NCBI GenBank assembly: GCA_015061905.1
Contig: SUVQ01000008.1
Coordinates: forward strand, 25,867-89,866
Direction: 5' to 3'
Origin: Verrucomicrobiota bacterium
GTDB taxonomy: Bacteria; Verrucomicrobiota; Verrucomicrobiia; Opitutales; UBA953
Length of the DNA stretch: 64,000 nt
The notes beneath the pieces were generated by a model. It had not been told where the DNA came from, searched no databases, and saw nothing but the letters and a program-made list of their open reading frames with translations. The position numbers and the translations under genes were made by a program. Of the stretch, positions 1 through 8,780 are shown piece after piece. Each line of letters begins with the position of its first letter. Positions within the stretch are counted from its first letter, which is position 1.

Positions 1-2
1 CC

Positions 3-479
3 GTGCGGGAGCTTTACGCCTACGGTGAAGCGAACGCGTGGAAACCGGAGGTGATTTTTCATGCGTCGGGAACGGGTTCGACGCAGGCGGGAATTTTGGT
101 CGGCTTGGAAAAAGTCGGCTGGGGCGATGTCAAGGTCGTCGGCGTCTCCGTGGCACGCCAGCGTGAACGCGGTGCGCAGGTCGTTGCCGAATTTACGAAA
201 AAGCTCGCTGTTGCGCATGGAATTTCTCCGAAAATTTTTGACGATCGTATTCACTTTTGCGCGGATTTTCTCTGCGGCGGATACGAGAAATTTTCCGGGG
301 AGATGAAAACTTTTTTGGAGAAAACGATACGCGAAACGGGAATCGTTTTCGATACGACGTATTCCGGAAAAGCACTCTTCGGCATGAGCAAGATTCTCGA
401 AGGAAACACCCGCTACGGGAACGTGCTTTTCTGGCACACCGGCGGAATTATGAACTTTTTAGCGAGCGGGGAAAAATAA
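3..479 (+). CDS. PLP-dependent D-cysteine desulfhydrase/ACC deaminase family protein (5' partial)
   Basis: Family motifs ASGTGSTQAG, DTTYSGKA and LFWHTGG; ORF runs off the window start. Confidence 0.85.
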   Translation: MRELYAYGEANAWKPEVIFHASGTGSTQAGILVGLEKVGWGDVKVVGVSVARQRERGAQVVAEFTKKLAVAHGISPKIFDDRIHFCADFLCGGYEKFSGEMKTFLEKTIRETGIVFDTTYSGKALFGMSKILEGNTRYGNVLFWHTGGIMNFLASGEK

Positions 480-480
480 A

Positions 481-1503
481 ATGAACCTACTTTTTTCATG
501 TGCGGGAAGGCGCGCGTATTTATTGAAATATTTTAGAGATGCGCTTGACGAAGTCGGCGGCGGAAAAATTTTTGCGACGGATATGTCGCTTGCCGCACCC
601 GCGCTTGCGTTTGCGGATGTGCCGTTGCGCGTTCCCGCCGTTTATGCGGAAAATTATTTGGATGTGGTCGAAACGATTTGCCGTGAAAACAAAATTGATG
701 CGCTGATTTCTTTGAACGACTTGGAGTTGCCGATTTTGTCGGCGGCGCGGGAACGTTTTGAAAAAATCGGAACTCGGCTTATCGTGTCATCGCCGGAAGT
801 GATTGACGTTTGTTTCGATAAATTAAAAACGGCGCGTTTTGTTGAATCGCTCGGGTTGAATACTCCGAAAACTTTTGTGGTGTTGAGTGATGCGCTTTTA
901 GCACTTGAATGCGGAGAACTTGCGTTCCCGCTCATTTTGAAGCCGCGGTGGGGCTCCGGCTCCATTGGGATTGAGCTCGTGCGCGATAGGGAAGAACTTC
1001 TTGAAACTTATGAAATCGTCCGCCGAAAAGTGGCGCGCTCGATTTTGGCAAAGGCTTCGGCTCCGAAAGAAGAAATCTTGATTCAGGAGGCAATCACCGA
1101 TGCCGAATACGGTTTGGACGTGATGAACGATTTGGGCGGGAACACGATCGCCGTTTCCGTAAAACGAAAACTCGCCATGCGTGCGGGAGAAACGGACAAA
1201 GCGGTTACGGTCGATAAACCGGAAATTCGCGAAATCGGCTTCGCAATCGGACGCGCGTTGCGTCATGTTGCCAACTTGGATTGCGACGTGCTTGAGCGCG
1301 CTGGAAAATATTACGTTTTGGAGCTTAATCCGCGCTTCGGTGGCGGCTATCCGTTTTCGCAGGAAGCAGGTGTGAATCTTCCGTTGGCGATTTTGAAATG
1401 GCTACGCAACGAAAGCGTTCCCGCCGAGTTGCTTGTAGCCAAACCGAATGTCGCTTCGGCAAAATGTGATATTTTAGTTTCTACCCCCCCCCCCCGATCG
1501 TAG
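481..1503 (+). CDS. ATP-grasp protein (carbamoyl-phosphate synthase-like, polysaccharide locus type)
   Basis: N-terminal LFSCAGRR, CFDKLKT, LKPRWGSGS, ELNPRFGGGY. Confidence 0.85.
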   Translation: MNLLFSCAGRRAYLLKYFRDALDEVGGGKIFATDMSLAAPALAFADVPLRVPAVYAENYLDVVETICRENKIDALISLNDLELPILSAARERFEKIGTRLIVSSPEVIDVCFDKLKTARFVESLGLNTPKTFVVLSDALLALECGELAFPLILKPRWGSGSIGIELVRDREELLETYEIVRRKVARSILAKASAPKEEILIQEAITDAEYGLDVMNDLGGNTIAVSVKRKLAMRAGETDKAVTVDKPEIREIGFAIGRALRHVANLDCDVLERAGKYYVLELNPRFGGGYPFSQEAGVNLPLAILKWLRNESVPAELLVAKPNVASAKCDILVSTPPPRS

Positions 1504-1579
1504 GTTAGGGCGAAGCGTTGCGTTCCCGGCGGGTTTTTGTCGCGGGAAAGCGTATTTAAATTTCGGGATACAAAATTGC

Positions 1580-1849
1580 TCAGCGAAAAAGGTCGCTGTG
1601 CGTTCCCGTGCGGTAGAGAAGCAAGGTGCCAGCTTCCGCTTTGTAAATCAAAAGCCAGTCGGGGCGAATGTGGCATTCGCGAAATCCTCGCCAATTTCCG
1701 GCGAGTGCGTGGTCGTGAAATTTTTCGGGAAGCGGAACTTCCCGGGCAAGAAGCGCAATGGCTTCTTGAAGGAGCCCAATTTCAAGCCCTCGTTTTTGAA
1801 TGAGTTTGAAGTCGCGCTTAAAGCGAGTTGCGTATTCGAGAGACAACAT
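1580..1849 (-). CDS. yafQ: Type II toxin, YafQ family mRNA interferase
   Basis: 89 aa; FKRDFK, DHALAGNWRGFRECHIRPDWLLIY, RTGTHSDLF. Confidence 0.92.
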   Translation of the reverse strand: MLSLEYATRFKRDFKLIQKRGLEIGLLQEAIALLAREVPLPEKFHDHALAGNWRGFRECHIRPDWLLIYKAEAGTLLLYRTGTHSDLFR

Positions 1850-1852
1850 ATT

Positions 1853-2149
1853 TTAGGTTTCCAAATCTGCAAAAAGCTCTTCAACGGTGTTGAAGCGCGG
1901 GATGCGTTTTCCGGTTTTGATTTCTTCAAGGAGCCTGTCTCCTTCCGCCATTGCGGCGAGTGTTTCGTCGTTGGGGATTTCCGGGCGCCCGAGGTGCGGC
2001 CGAAAAGGAAGCGCGCGGTCGTTGACGCACTGATGCAGAAACAGGCTCATCGCTTCGGACATCGAGATGCCGAGATGCGCGAAAAGCTTTTCCGCCTGCG
2101 ATTTGATTTTGGGTTCAATGCGAATACTGAGGGTTGCGGTTTTTGCCAT
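1853..2149 (-). CDS. dinJ: Type II antitoxin, RelB/DinJ family
   Basis: LSIRIEPKIK...GISMSEAMSLFL...LPF, PNDETLAAM; 3 nt upstream of the toxin. Confidence 0.9.
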   Translation of the reverse strand: MAKTATLSIRIEPKIKSQAEKLFAHLGISMSEAMSLFLHQCVNDRALPFRPHLGRPEIPNDETLAAMAEGDRLLEEIKTGKRIPRFNTVEELFADLET

Positions 2150-2238
2150 GATAATGTTCTCCGATTTGATTTTTTCGAATTGTCATACAATAAAAAGGCA
2201 ATCGCAACACGTTTTTCATCCAAAGAAAGGCTTTCCGC

Positions 2239-3864
2239 ATGAGCACGAGAACGCGAAATAACATTCTGATTTCTTCGGCGGGAAAGCGCGTTTCGCTGGT
2301 GCGCGAATTTCGGTCCGAGCTCAAAAAAGTTTTTCCGGACGGGAACGTTTTTACCACGGAAATGAATCCGGCAATGTCGCCGGCGGCGCAGGTTTCCGAC
2401 GCTTGTTTTCGCGTGCCGCGCGTGACGGAGCCCGGATACATCGACGCGCTTTTTGAAATCTGCAAGGAAAACGGCGTTCGCATGGTTGTTCCGACGATTG
2501 ATACGGAACTGCTTGTGTTGGCGCGGGCGAAAAAACGCTTCTCCGATGCCGGGATTTTCCTGCTTGTTGCGGATGAAGATTTCATCGCAACGTGCCGTGA
2601 CAAGCGCAATACAGGTGCGTTTTTTGAATCGCGAGGGATTCGCGTTCCCGCGGCGATTGACAAATCTGATCCGACGTTTCCGCTTTTTGCGAAGCCTTAC
2701 GACGGCTCGTTGAGCAAGGATTTGTTTGTCGTGCGTTCCCGTGAAGAGCTGACGCCGGAAATTCTCAATCACCCGAAGCTTATGTTCATGGAATACATCG
2801 ATAAATGTATTTATAAAGAATATACGGTTGATATGTATTTCGGGCGAGACAACAGGATTAAAGCGGCTGTGCCTCGGGAACGCATTGAAATCCGCGCCGG
2901 AGAAATCAACAAAGGTCGCACACGGAAAAATGTAATTGAAAAAACATTACGTGAAAACTTTTCGGAAATTCCGGGTGTCGTCGGTTGTATTTGTGCGCAG
3001 TTTTTTCTGAATGAAAAAACGGGCGACCTTGTCGGGATCGAAATCAATCCGCGCTTCGGCGGCGGCTATCCGCTGAGCTACGGCGCGGGGGCAAACTTCC
3101 CGCAAAATATTGTCCGGGAATATTTGCTCGGCGAAACTGTCGATTTCTCGGACGCGTGGCGCGATAACACGCTGATGCTACGCTATGATGCGGAAATTAT
3201 CGTTCCCGAAAAGCGCCGCGTCGTCGTTTTTGATTTGGATGATACGCTTTGCAAGGAAACGGATTTTCTGAAATCGGCATTTCGCGAAATTGCGGAATCG
3301 TTGGCGGGAACGCGCGGGGACGTTGCCGCCGAAAACCTTTTCGCGGAAATGCTCGAAATGCGTTCCCGCGGAGAAAATGTTTTTGAAAATCTTTCGCAAA
3401 AATACGGTGTTTCCGTGGCAAATTTGCTCGCGCGCTATCGCTCGCATTTTCCGCTCGGAATGAAATTGCCGGCGAAAACGCGCGCGGTTTTGGAAACGCT
3501 GAAAAATTGCGGCGCGGTTCTCGGAATCATCACGGACGGACGCTCGCTGACGCAACGCAACAAGATACGCGCGCTCGGCTTGAGCGAATTTTTTGAAGAC
3601 GCAAACATCGTTGTTTCCGAGGAATTCGGCTCCGAAAAACCGTCGCCGGAAAATTACGAATTTTTTATGAAAAAATACCCGGATGCGGAATTTTGCTACG
3701 TTGGGGACAATCCGAAAAAAGACTTTATCGCGCCGAACGCGCTGGGCTGGGAAACCGTTTGCCTTCTCGACGACGGCGGGAACGTCCACCCGCAGGATTT
3801 TTCCGCCGTTCCCGCCGCCGCGCTCCCGCGCCGAAAAGTGAAAACTCTTTGTATGCTTATTTAA
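2239..3864 (+). CDS. ATP-grasp + HAD-family hydrolase fusion
   Basis: N-terminal ~320 aa ATP-grasp (ISSAGKR, AKPYDGSLS, EINPRFGGGY); C-terminal HAD motifs VFDLDDTL, ITDG, KP, YVGDN. Confidence 0.85.
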   Translation: MSTRTRNNILISSAGKRVSLVREFRSELKKVFPDGNVFTTEMNPAMSPAAQVSDACFRVPRVTEPGYIDALFEICKENGVRMVVPTIDTELLVLARAKKRFSDAGIFLLVADEDFIATCRDKRNTGAFFESRGIRVPAAIDKSDPTFPLFAKPYDGSLSKDLFVVRSREELTPEILNHPKLMFMEYIDKCIYKEYTVDMYFGRDNRIKAAVPRERIEIRAGEINKGRTRKNVIEKTLRENFSEIPGVVGCICAQFFLNEKTGDLVGIEINPRFGGGYPLSYGAGANFPQNIVREYLLGETVDFSDAWRDNTLMLRYDAEIIVPEKRRVVVFDLDDTLCKETDFLKSAFREIAESLAGTRGDVAAENLFAEMLEMRSRGENVFENLSQKYGVSVANLLARYRSHFPLGMKLPAKTRAVLETLKNCGAVLGIITDGRSLTQRNKIRALGLSEFFEDANIVVSEEFGSEKPSPENYEFFMKKYPDAEFCYVGDNPKKDFIAPNALGWETVCLLDDGGNVHPQDFSAVPAAALPRRKVKTLCMLI

Positions 3865-3865
3865 A

Positions 3866-4603
3866 ATGGATAACGATAATCGATATGGAATATTGCAGGC
3901 TCATAAAGAGCTACTGTCGATGATGAAAATTCTTCATGACTTTTTAGAGCGGGAGAAAATCACGTATTGTCTCGCATATGGTTCTCTGCTGGGGGCGGTT
4001 CGACACCAAGGTTTTATTCCTTGGGACGACGATATGGATATCATGGTTGATCGTGAAAATTATGAGAAAATATTAAAAAAGTATCAGTCGTGTCCTGATT
4101 TAAAATTCAGAAAAATCTTATGGACGCTTCGGGTAGAAAAGGCTGGAGATGAAAAATCCCCGATGATTGATATTTTCGTTTGGGACAGTGTTCCGAAGAG
4201 TTCTTTTGTCCGAAATTTTAAGTTGCTTTTGATTAAGATGTTACAAGGAATGCTAAAAGAGAGGCTTTCTTTATCCGGAAATTCTGCAATTTATAAGTTT
4301 TGCTCGGCAGGAACGTTTGTTTTCGGACGTATATTTTCAACGTCAATCAAACAGAAAATGTATGAGGCTGTATCAAGACTTGGTAAGAAAAGCGGGCTAA
4401 TCTGTTCTTATAACTCGGATTTTAGAGATATTCACACCGTGCTTCCGGAGAGCTTAATGAAAGATTTTGTTAAGAAAAAATTTGAAGATGCCGAGTTTTT
4501 TGTGCCACGGGATTATGATCGTTTTTTAACGGCATTCTACGGCGACTATATGGTTTTGCCTGAAGAAAGAAAAAGAGTCCCTGTGCACGGGAACGGCGAG
4601 TAG
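3866..4603 (+). CDS. LicD family phosphotransferase
   Basis: GSLLGAVRHQGFIPWDDDMD and YDRFLTAFYGDYM motifs. Confidence 0.9.
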   Translation: MDNDNRYGILQAHKELLSMMKILHDFLEREKITYCLAYGSLLGAVRHQGFIPWDDDMDIMVDRENYEKILKKYQSCPDLKFRKILWTLRVEKAGDEKSPMIDIFVWDSVPKSSFVRNFKLLLIKMLQGMLKERLSLSGNSAIYKFCSAGTFVFGRIFSTSIKQKMYEAVSRLGKKSGLICSYNSDFRDIHTVLPESLMKDFVKKKFEDAEFFVPRDYDRFLTAFYGDYMVLPEERKRVPVHGNGE

Positions 4604-4701
4604 CTTCTTTTTTACCGAAAATATTTATGCAGAGAGCTTATGCGTTTTGTTCCGTCTGAGAAATAGAAATTTTGAGTATTGAAACTAAAGGCTAAATTTT
4701 T

Positions 4702-5784
4702 ATGAGAAACTTTACAGTAGGTCCTGTGGCAATGAGCCAAGATATATTAAATATTGGTTCGGAGCAGATTCCGTATTTTCGAACGGCGGAATTTTCAAAA
4801 TTAATGCTTGAAAATGAAGCGATGATTTTGCGCGCGGCAAATGCTCCCGCAGGAAGTCGAGCCGTGTTTTTGACCGGCTCGGGGACGTCCGGAATGGAAG
4901 CGGCGGTTGTGAATTTGTTTGATGAGGACGACAAAGTTCTCGTTGTAAACGGCGGGAGCTTTGGGGCGCGTTTTGCAGAGATTTGCCGTGTTTATGGTAT
5001 TCCGCACGAAGAAGTGAAATTGTCTTTCGGAAAACAAATTACAGCGAATGATCTCGCTCCGTTTGAGAATCAGGGTTTTACGGGCTTGTTGGTGAATATT
5101 CACGAAACGTCGACCGGAGTTCTTTATGATGCCGAGTTATTGTCGGCGTTTTGTCGTCGGAATAATCTTAAATTTGTTGTCGATGCGATAAGCTCTTTTC
5201 TTGCGGATCCGTTTGATATGTCGAAGATAGGAGCGGATGCGGTAATTGTCGGTTCTCAGAAAGCGATTGCGCTTCCTCCGGGGATTTCCGCAGTGTTACT
5301 TTCTTCCCGTGCATGCGAAGTGATTTCTTTGCGGGAACGTATTCGGTGTTTCTATCTGAATTTAAAAGAGGCGTTGAAAAACGGAGAGCGTGGGCAAACA
5401 CCGTTCACTCCGGCTGTCGGAATCTTGCTTCAAATGCACAAACGACTCTCGGGAATTTTGACAAGAGGTGTTGCCGAGGAAATTCGAAAAGCAAAGCGAT
5501 TAGCACAATATTTTCGGGAACGTATCGCCAATTTCCCTTTTGTCGTCGCATCCGAATCTTGTTCGAACGCAGTAACGTCGTTGCGCGTTTTGCCGGAATG
5601 TAAAAGTACTGCGTTTGAAATTTTTGAAATCTTGAAAAACGAATACGGGATTTTTGTTTGTCCGAATGGCGGCGACTTGCGCGATAGCGTTTTTCGCGTG
5701 GGGCATATCGGAGAATTAACGGCAAATGATTACGAGGCATTGTTCTCCGCATTTGAGGATATGAAATCTTCCGGAAAAATTTAG
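4702..5784 (+). CDS. Class V PLP-dependent aminotransferase/decarboxylase
   Basis: FTVGP, TGSGTSGMEAA, HETSTG, VDAISS, GSQKAIALPPG, FRVGHIG. Confidence 0.88.
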   Translation: MRNFTVGPVAMSQDILNIGSEQIPYFRTAEFSKLMLENEAMILRAANAPAGSRAVFLTGSGTSGMEAAVVNLFDEDDKVLVVNGGSFGARFAEICRVYGIPHEEVKLSFGKQITANDLAPFENQGFTGLLVNIHETSTGVLYDAELLSAFCRRNNLKFVVDAISSFLADPFDMSKIGADAVIVGSQKAIALPPGISAVLLSSRACEVISLRERIRCFYLNLKEALKNGERGQTPFTPAVGILLQMHKRLSGILTRGVAEEIRKAKRLAQYFRERIANFPFVVASESCSNAVTSLRVLPECKSTAFEIFEILKNEYGIFVCPNGGDLRDSVFRVGHIGELTANDYEALFSAFEDMKSSGKI

Positions 5785-5798
5785 AGCGAGGGAAACAA

Positions 5799-6275
5799 AT
5801 GATTAACGGGAAAACAGTAGTTTATACGTCGGGGACGTTTGATATGTTACATATCAATCATTTGAAAATGATTGAGTACGCGCGTTCGCTTGGAGACATT
5901 TTAATCGTTGGAGTGAATACGGACGAATTGGTTGAAAGCTACAAATCACAGCCGATTATTCCGTTTGAAGAGAGAATCGGCTTGATGAAGGCAATCAAAG
6001 GTCCGGATATTGTGATTCCTCAGCGGAGCTTGGATCACACGGACAAGGTGAAGAAACTTCATTTTGATGTCTTTGTCGTGGGCGACGATTGGGTCGGGAA
6101 ATATGACTACTTAGAAAAACTTGGCGTTACTGTTATTTATTTTCCATATGGGGCGGGAATTAGTTCTTCGTCGCTGAAAAAACGCATTTACGAAAATTAT
6201 GAGAAGTTGAAGGCGAAGGCGGACGGGCATTTGCCGATGGACGCAGATACGGGCGCGGGAACGCAAGGTGCGTAA
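5799..6275 (+). CDS. Cytidylyltransferase (TagD/glycerol-3-phosphate CTase-like)
   Basis: YTSGTFDMLHINH (HxGH-like), VGVNTD, VVGDDW, ISSSSLK. Confidence 0.88.
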   Translation: MINGKTVVYTSGTFDMLHINHLKMIEYARSLGDILIVGVNTDELVESYKSQPIIPFEERIGLMKAIKGPDIVIPQRSLDHTDKVKKLHFDVFVVGDDWVGKYDYLEKLGVTVIYFPYGAGISSSSLKKRIYENYEKLKAKADGHLPMDADTGAGTQGA

Positions 6276-6900
6276 AATGGACGGGGAGCTTGAAATAAGA
6301 TTTTGCGACGAGGTTTTTCTGCGTGAGCACGCGAAAGAATTTGCGGTACTTTGTCGGGAGGCGTTTTGTTCTCTTTTGCGCGAGAATATACGAGTTGCTG
6401 ACGGTTTCATTACCACCGATGAAATGTGCGCTCGCGTGAGAGGAAAGGAGCTATTGGGTGCTTATCTTGGCACTAAGTTGTGCGGTTTTCTCATTTTCAC
6501 GGAACTTACGAAAGTAAAGATAAAGGGCGGGCATATTGATTTGGTTGCCGTTTCTCCGGCGTGTCAGGGGAGAGGGATTGGCAAGTCGTTGTTAGAGACA
6601 GCAGAAAATTATTTGCGGGAACGCGGAATAGGGAACGTTACGGTCTGCACACCGGAAGTTGCGGCGAAAAATGTCCGGTGGTATTGCCGCTTAGGTTATG
6701 AGCCGCTTTGGCTTGGTCGCGGTAGTGGTAATTATCGGAGTATAGGATTCTATAAGGCACTTTTTCCCGATTTGAAAATGCGAAAATGGAGAGTAAAGAA
6801 AAGTTTTTGGGTTTCATCTTTTGTTTGCCGGTTGAGACTTCGAAGAGACGGCTCGGAGCGCCTTCCGGGAAAAATACTTAAGATTTTGTTGAGGAAATAA
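6268..6900 (+). CDS. GNAT family N-acetyltransferase
   Basis: Motif A VAVSPACQGRGIGKSLL; WYCRLGY. Confidence 0.8.
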   Translation: MRKMDGELEIRFCDEVFLREHAKEFAVLCREAFCSLLRENIRVADGFITTDEMCARVRGKELLGAYLGTKLCGFLIFTELTKVKIKGGHIDLVAVSPACQGRGIGKSLLETAENYLRERGIGNVTVCTPEVAAKNVRWYCRLGYEPLWLGRGSGNYRSIGFYKALFPDLKMRKWRVKKSFWVSSFVCRLRLRRDGSERLPGKILKILLRK

Positions 6901-7040
6901 AGGCAATTTTAACTGTCGGAAAGGGTTTCGCAAATATCGCAGTAGGAAGAGGCGGAGACTCATCTTGTCGTTCTTGCAGATATTGCTCCGTTTGCGTGCA
7001 GGAAATTTTAGGCAAAATCCGGATTTTTGAAGGGGCGTAA

Positions 7041-7140
7041 TTTAGTAGGTTTTAGGAACTTTTAGGTGGTTTTAGTGGGTTTTAGGTGATTTTTGCTAAA
7101 ACCGCCTAAAACTTGCTAAAACTGTCTAAAACTTGTTAAA
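7041..7140. repeat. 10-bp-periodic inverted array (5x TTTAG units then 5x CTAAA-like units), copy 1
   Basis: tttagtaggt tttaggaact tttaggtggt tttagtgggt tttaggtgat / ttttgctaaa accgcctaaa acttgctaaa actgtctaaa acttgttaaa. Confidence 0.95.
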
Positions 7141-7170
7141 TCTCCTGCAGTAACCCTTATTTGTTTAACT

Positions 7171-8367
7171 ATGGATCCTGTACGCAATCCCTTTTCCCCG
7201 GGCGCGGGAACGCCTCCGCCGATGCTTGTCGGGCGGGAAGAAATCTTAATGCAGGGCGATATTTTATTTCGTCGTATTTTAGACGGGCGCTCGGAAAAAA
7301 GCATGATGCTAACGGGATTGAGAGGCGTAGGAAAAACGGTTTTGCTGGGTGTGCTTGAGCGGCAGGCGAAAGAGCTTGGGTTTATGACGATATTTCACGA
7401 GGCGGGTGAGGATAGCCGTGTGGGAGTATTTCTTGCTCAGGGGTTGAGAAAGATTCTTTTGACGTTGGATTCGGCGGCTTCGATGAAGAAACGCGCGAGG
7501 AAGGCGTTGCTTGCGCTTAGAAATTTTGTGGGAACGCTTCGCGTGAATGTCGGGGAGTTCGGGATAAGTGCAGAGCCGCTTTTGGGATATGCGGATAGCG
7601 GGAACTTAGAGGCGGATTTGACGGAACTTCTTGTTTTAGTCGGGGAAGCGGCACAAGAACAGCGAAAGGCTGTAGCAATCTTCATCGATGAAATTCAGTA
7701 TTTTGAGAAAGAGGAGTTCGGCGCACTAATTATGGCGTTTCATCGAATACAGCAACGGAATTTGCCGATGGTATTGGTCGGTGCCGGGCTTCCGATTCTT
7801 CCCGCTCTTGCGGGGGAACTGAAGTCTTATGCAGAGCGTCTTTTTGCGTTCCCGAATGTCGGAACGTTGACACGGGAGGATGCGGTAAAAGCACTTGTTG
7901 TTCCGATTCAAAAAGAATCGGCCGAAATTACGTTTGAGGCGGCAGAGGTTATTTATGAGAAAACGAGCGGGTATCCGTATTTTATTCAAGAATGGGGCTC
8001 TCGCGTTTGGATAATGACTCCGAATGGCGAAAAGATCTCTTCTGATATCGTTGAGCAGGCAACGGAAAGTGTAATTGTTCGGCTGGACGAAAGTTTTTTT
8101 CGAGTCCGTTACGATCGTTTGACGTCCGGCGAAAAGGTATTTTTGAGATATATGGCTGAAATATATCAAGGAGTTCCGATAAAAATGGAAGAGATGGTCA
8201 AAATTGCGGGGAAAAAGTCGGGAACCCTGTCGCAAGTAAAAAGATTGCTGGAAAAAAAAGGTGTAATTTATGCCCCGCGTTACGGCGTGTTTGATTTTAC
8301 TGTGCCGCTTTTTGATGCTTTCATGCGGAGAGTGGTGCCGAAGCTTCCCGAAAATAGGAAGTTTTAG
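7171..8367 (+). CDS. AAA+ ATPase (ATP-binding protein, probable C-terminal winged helix)
   Basis: NPFSPGAG...GRE N-terminus, Walker A GLRGVGKT, Walker B IFIDEIQ, GYPYFIQ, FTVPLF. Confidence 0.85.
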   Translation: MDPVRNPFSPGAGTPPPMLVGREEILMQGDILFRRILDGRSEKSMMLTGLRGVGKTVLLGVLERQAKELGFMTIFHEAGEDSRVGVFLAQGLRKILLTLDSAASMKKRARKALLALRNFVGTLRVNVGEFGISAEPLLGYADSGNLEADLTELLVLVGEAAQEQRKAVAIFIDEIQYFEKEEFGALIMAFHRIQQRNLPMVLVGAGLPILPALAGELKSYAERLFAFPNVGTLTREDAVKALVVPIQKESAEITFEAAEVIYEKTSGYPYFIQEWGSRVWIMTPNGEKISSDIVEQATESVIVRLDESFFRVRYDRLTSGEKVFLRYMAEIYQGVPIKMEEMVKIAGKKSGTLSQVKRLLEKKGVIYAPRYGVFDFTVPLFDAFMRRVVPKLPENRKF

Positions 8368-8441
8368 GGACTTTTAGGTGGTTTTAGTGGGTTTTAGGTG
8401 ATTTTTGCTAAAACCACCTAAAACTTGCTAAAACTGTCTAA
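8361..8441. repeat. 10-bp-periodic inverted array, copy 2 (direct repeat of 7049-7129)
   Basis: 81 bp with 2 mismatches to 7049-7129; contains the ATPase TAG stop (8365-8367). Confidence 0.95.
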
Positions 8442-8544
8442 GCCCTGATAAAAGCGGAAAGTATTTCTCGGTTTGTTCGAGGCGCGATTTTTTTTCGCCG
8501 AGTTTTTAGACAAAAGCGGCGGGGCGTTGCGCTTTCGGGGTGCT

Positions 8545-8727
8545 ATGAAATATCGGTGCAGTGTATGTAAATTTGTTTTTGATGAGGAAAAAGAGGGCGT
8601 GAAGTGGCACGAGCTTCGCGAGGAATGGTGTTGCCCGCGTTGCCGCGCCCGAAAGTGCTCGTGCGTTCCCGTGCGCGCGCCGGCTTCCGATGCGTCTCCT
8701 CCACCGAAATGTTCCGGCGGGAGGTAA
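8545..8727 (+). CDS. Rubredoxin-like protein
   Basis: MKYRCSVCKFVFDE...WCCPRC; two CxxC pairs with rubredoxin spacing; ATG at 8545. Confidence 0.8.
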   Translation: MKYRCSVCKFVFDEEKEGVKWHELREEWCCPRCRARKCSCVPVRAPASDASPPPKCSGGR

Positions 8728-8780
8728 CGCCGCTCCCGCAGGGATTTTAAAGCGGAATAGGGCGGCTCTCCTTTGAAAAC

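Noticed and set aside
3866-6900. licD-GNAT block as a motif-free recent island
   Set aside because: It is AT-richer, but a re-scan found at least five exact octamers (4588, 5332, 5515, 6256, 6616), so depletion is only mild.
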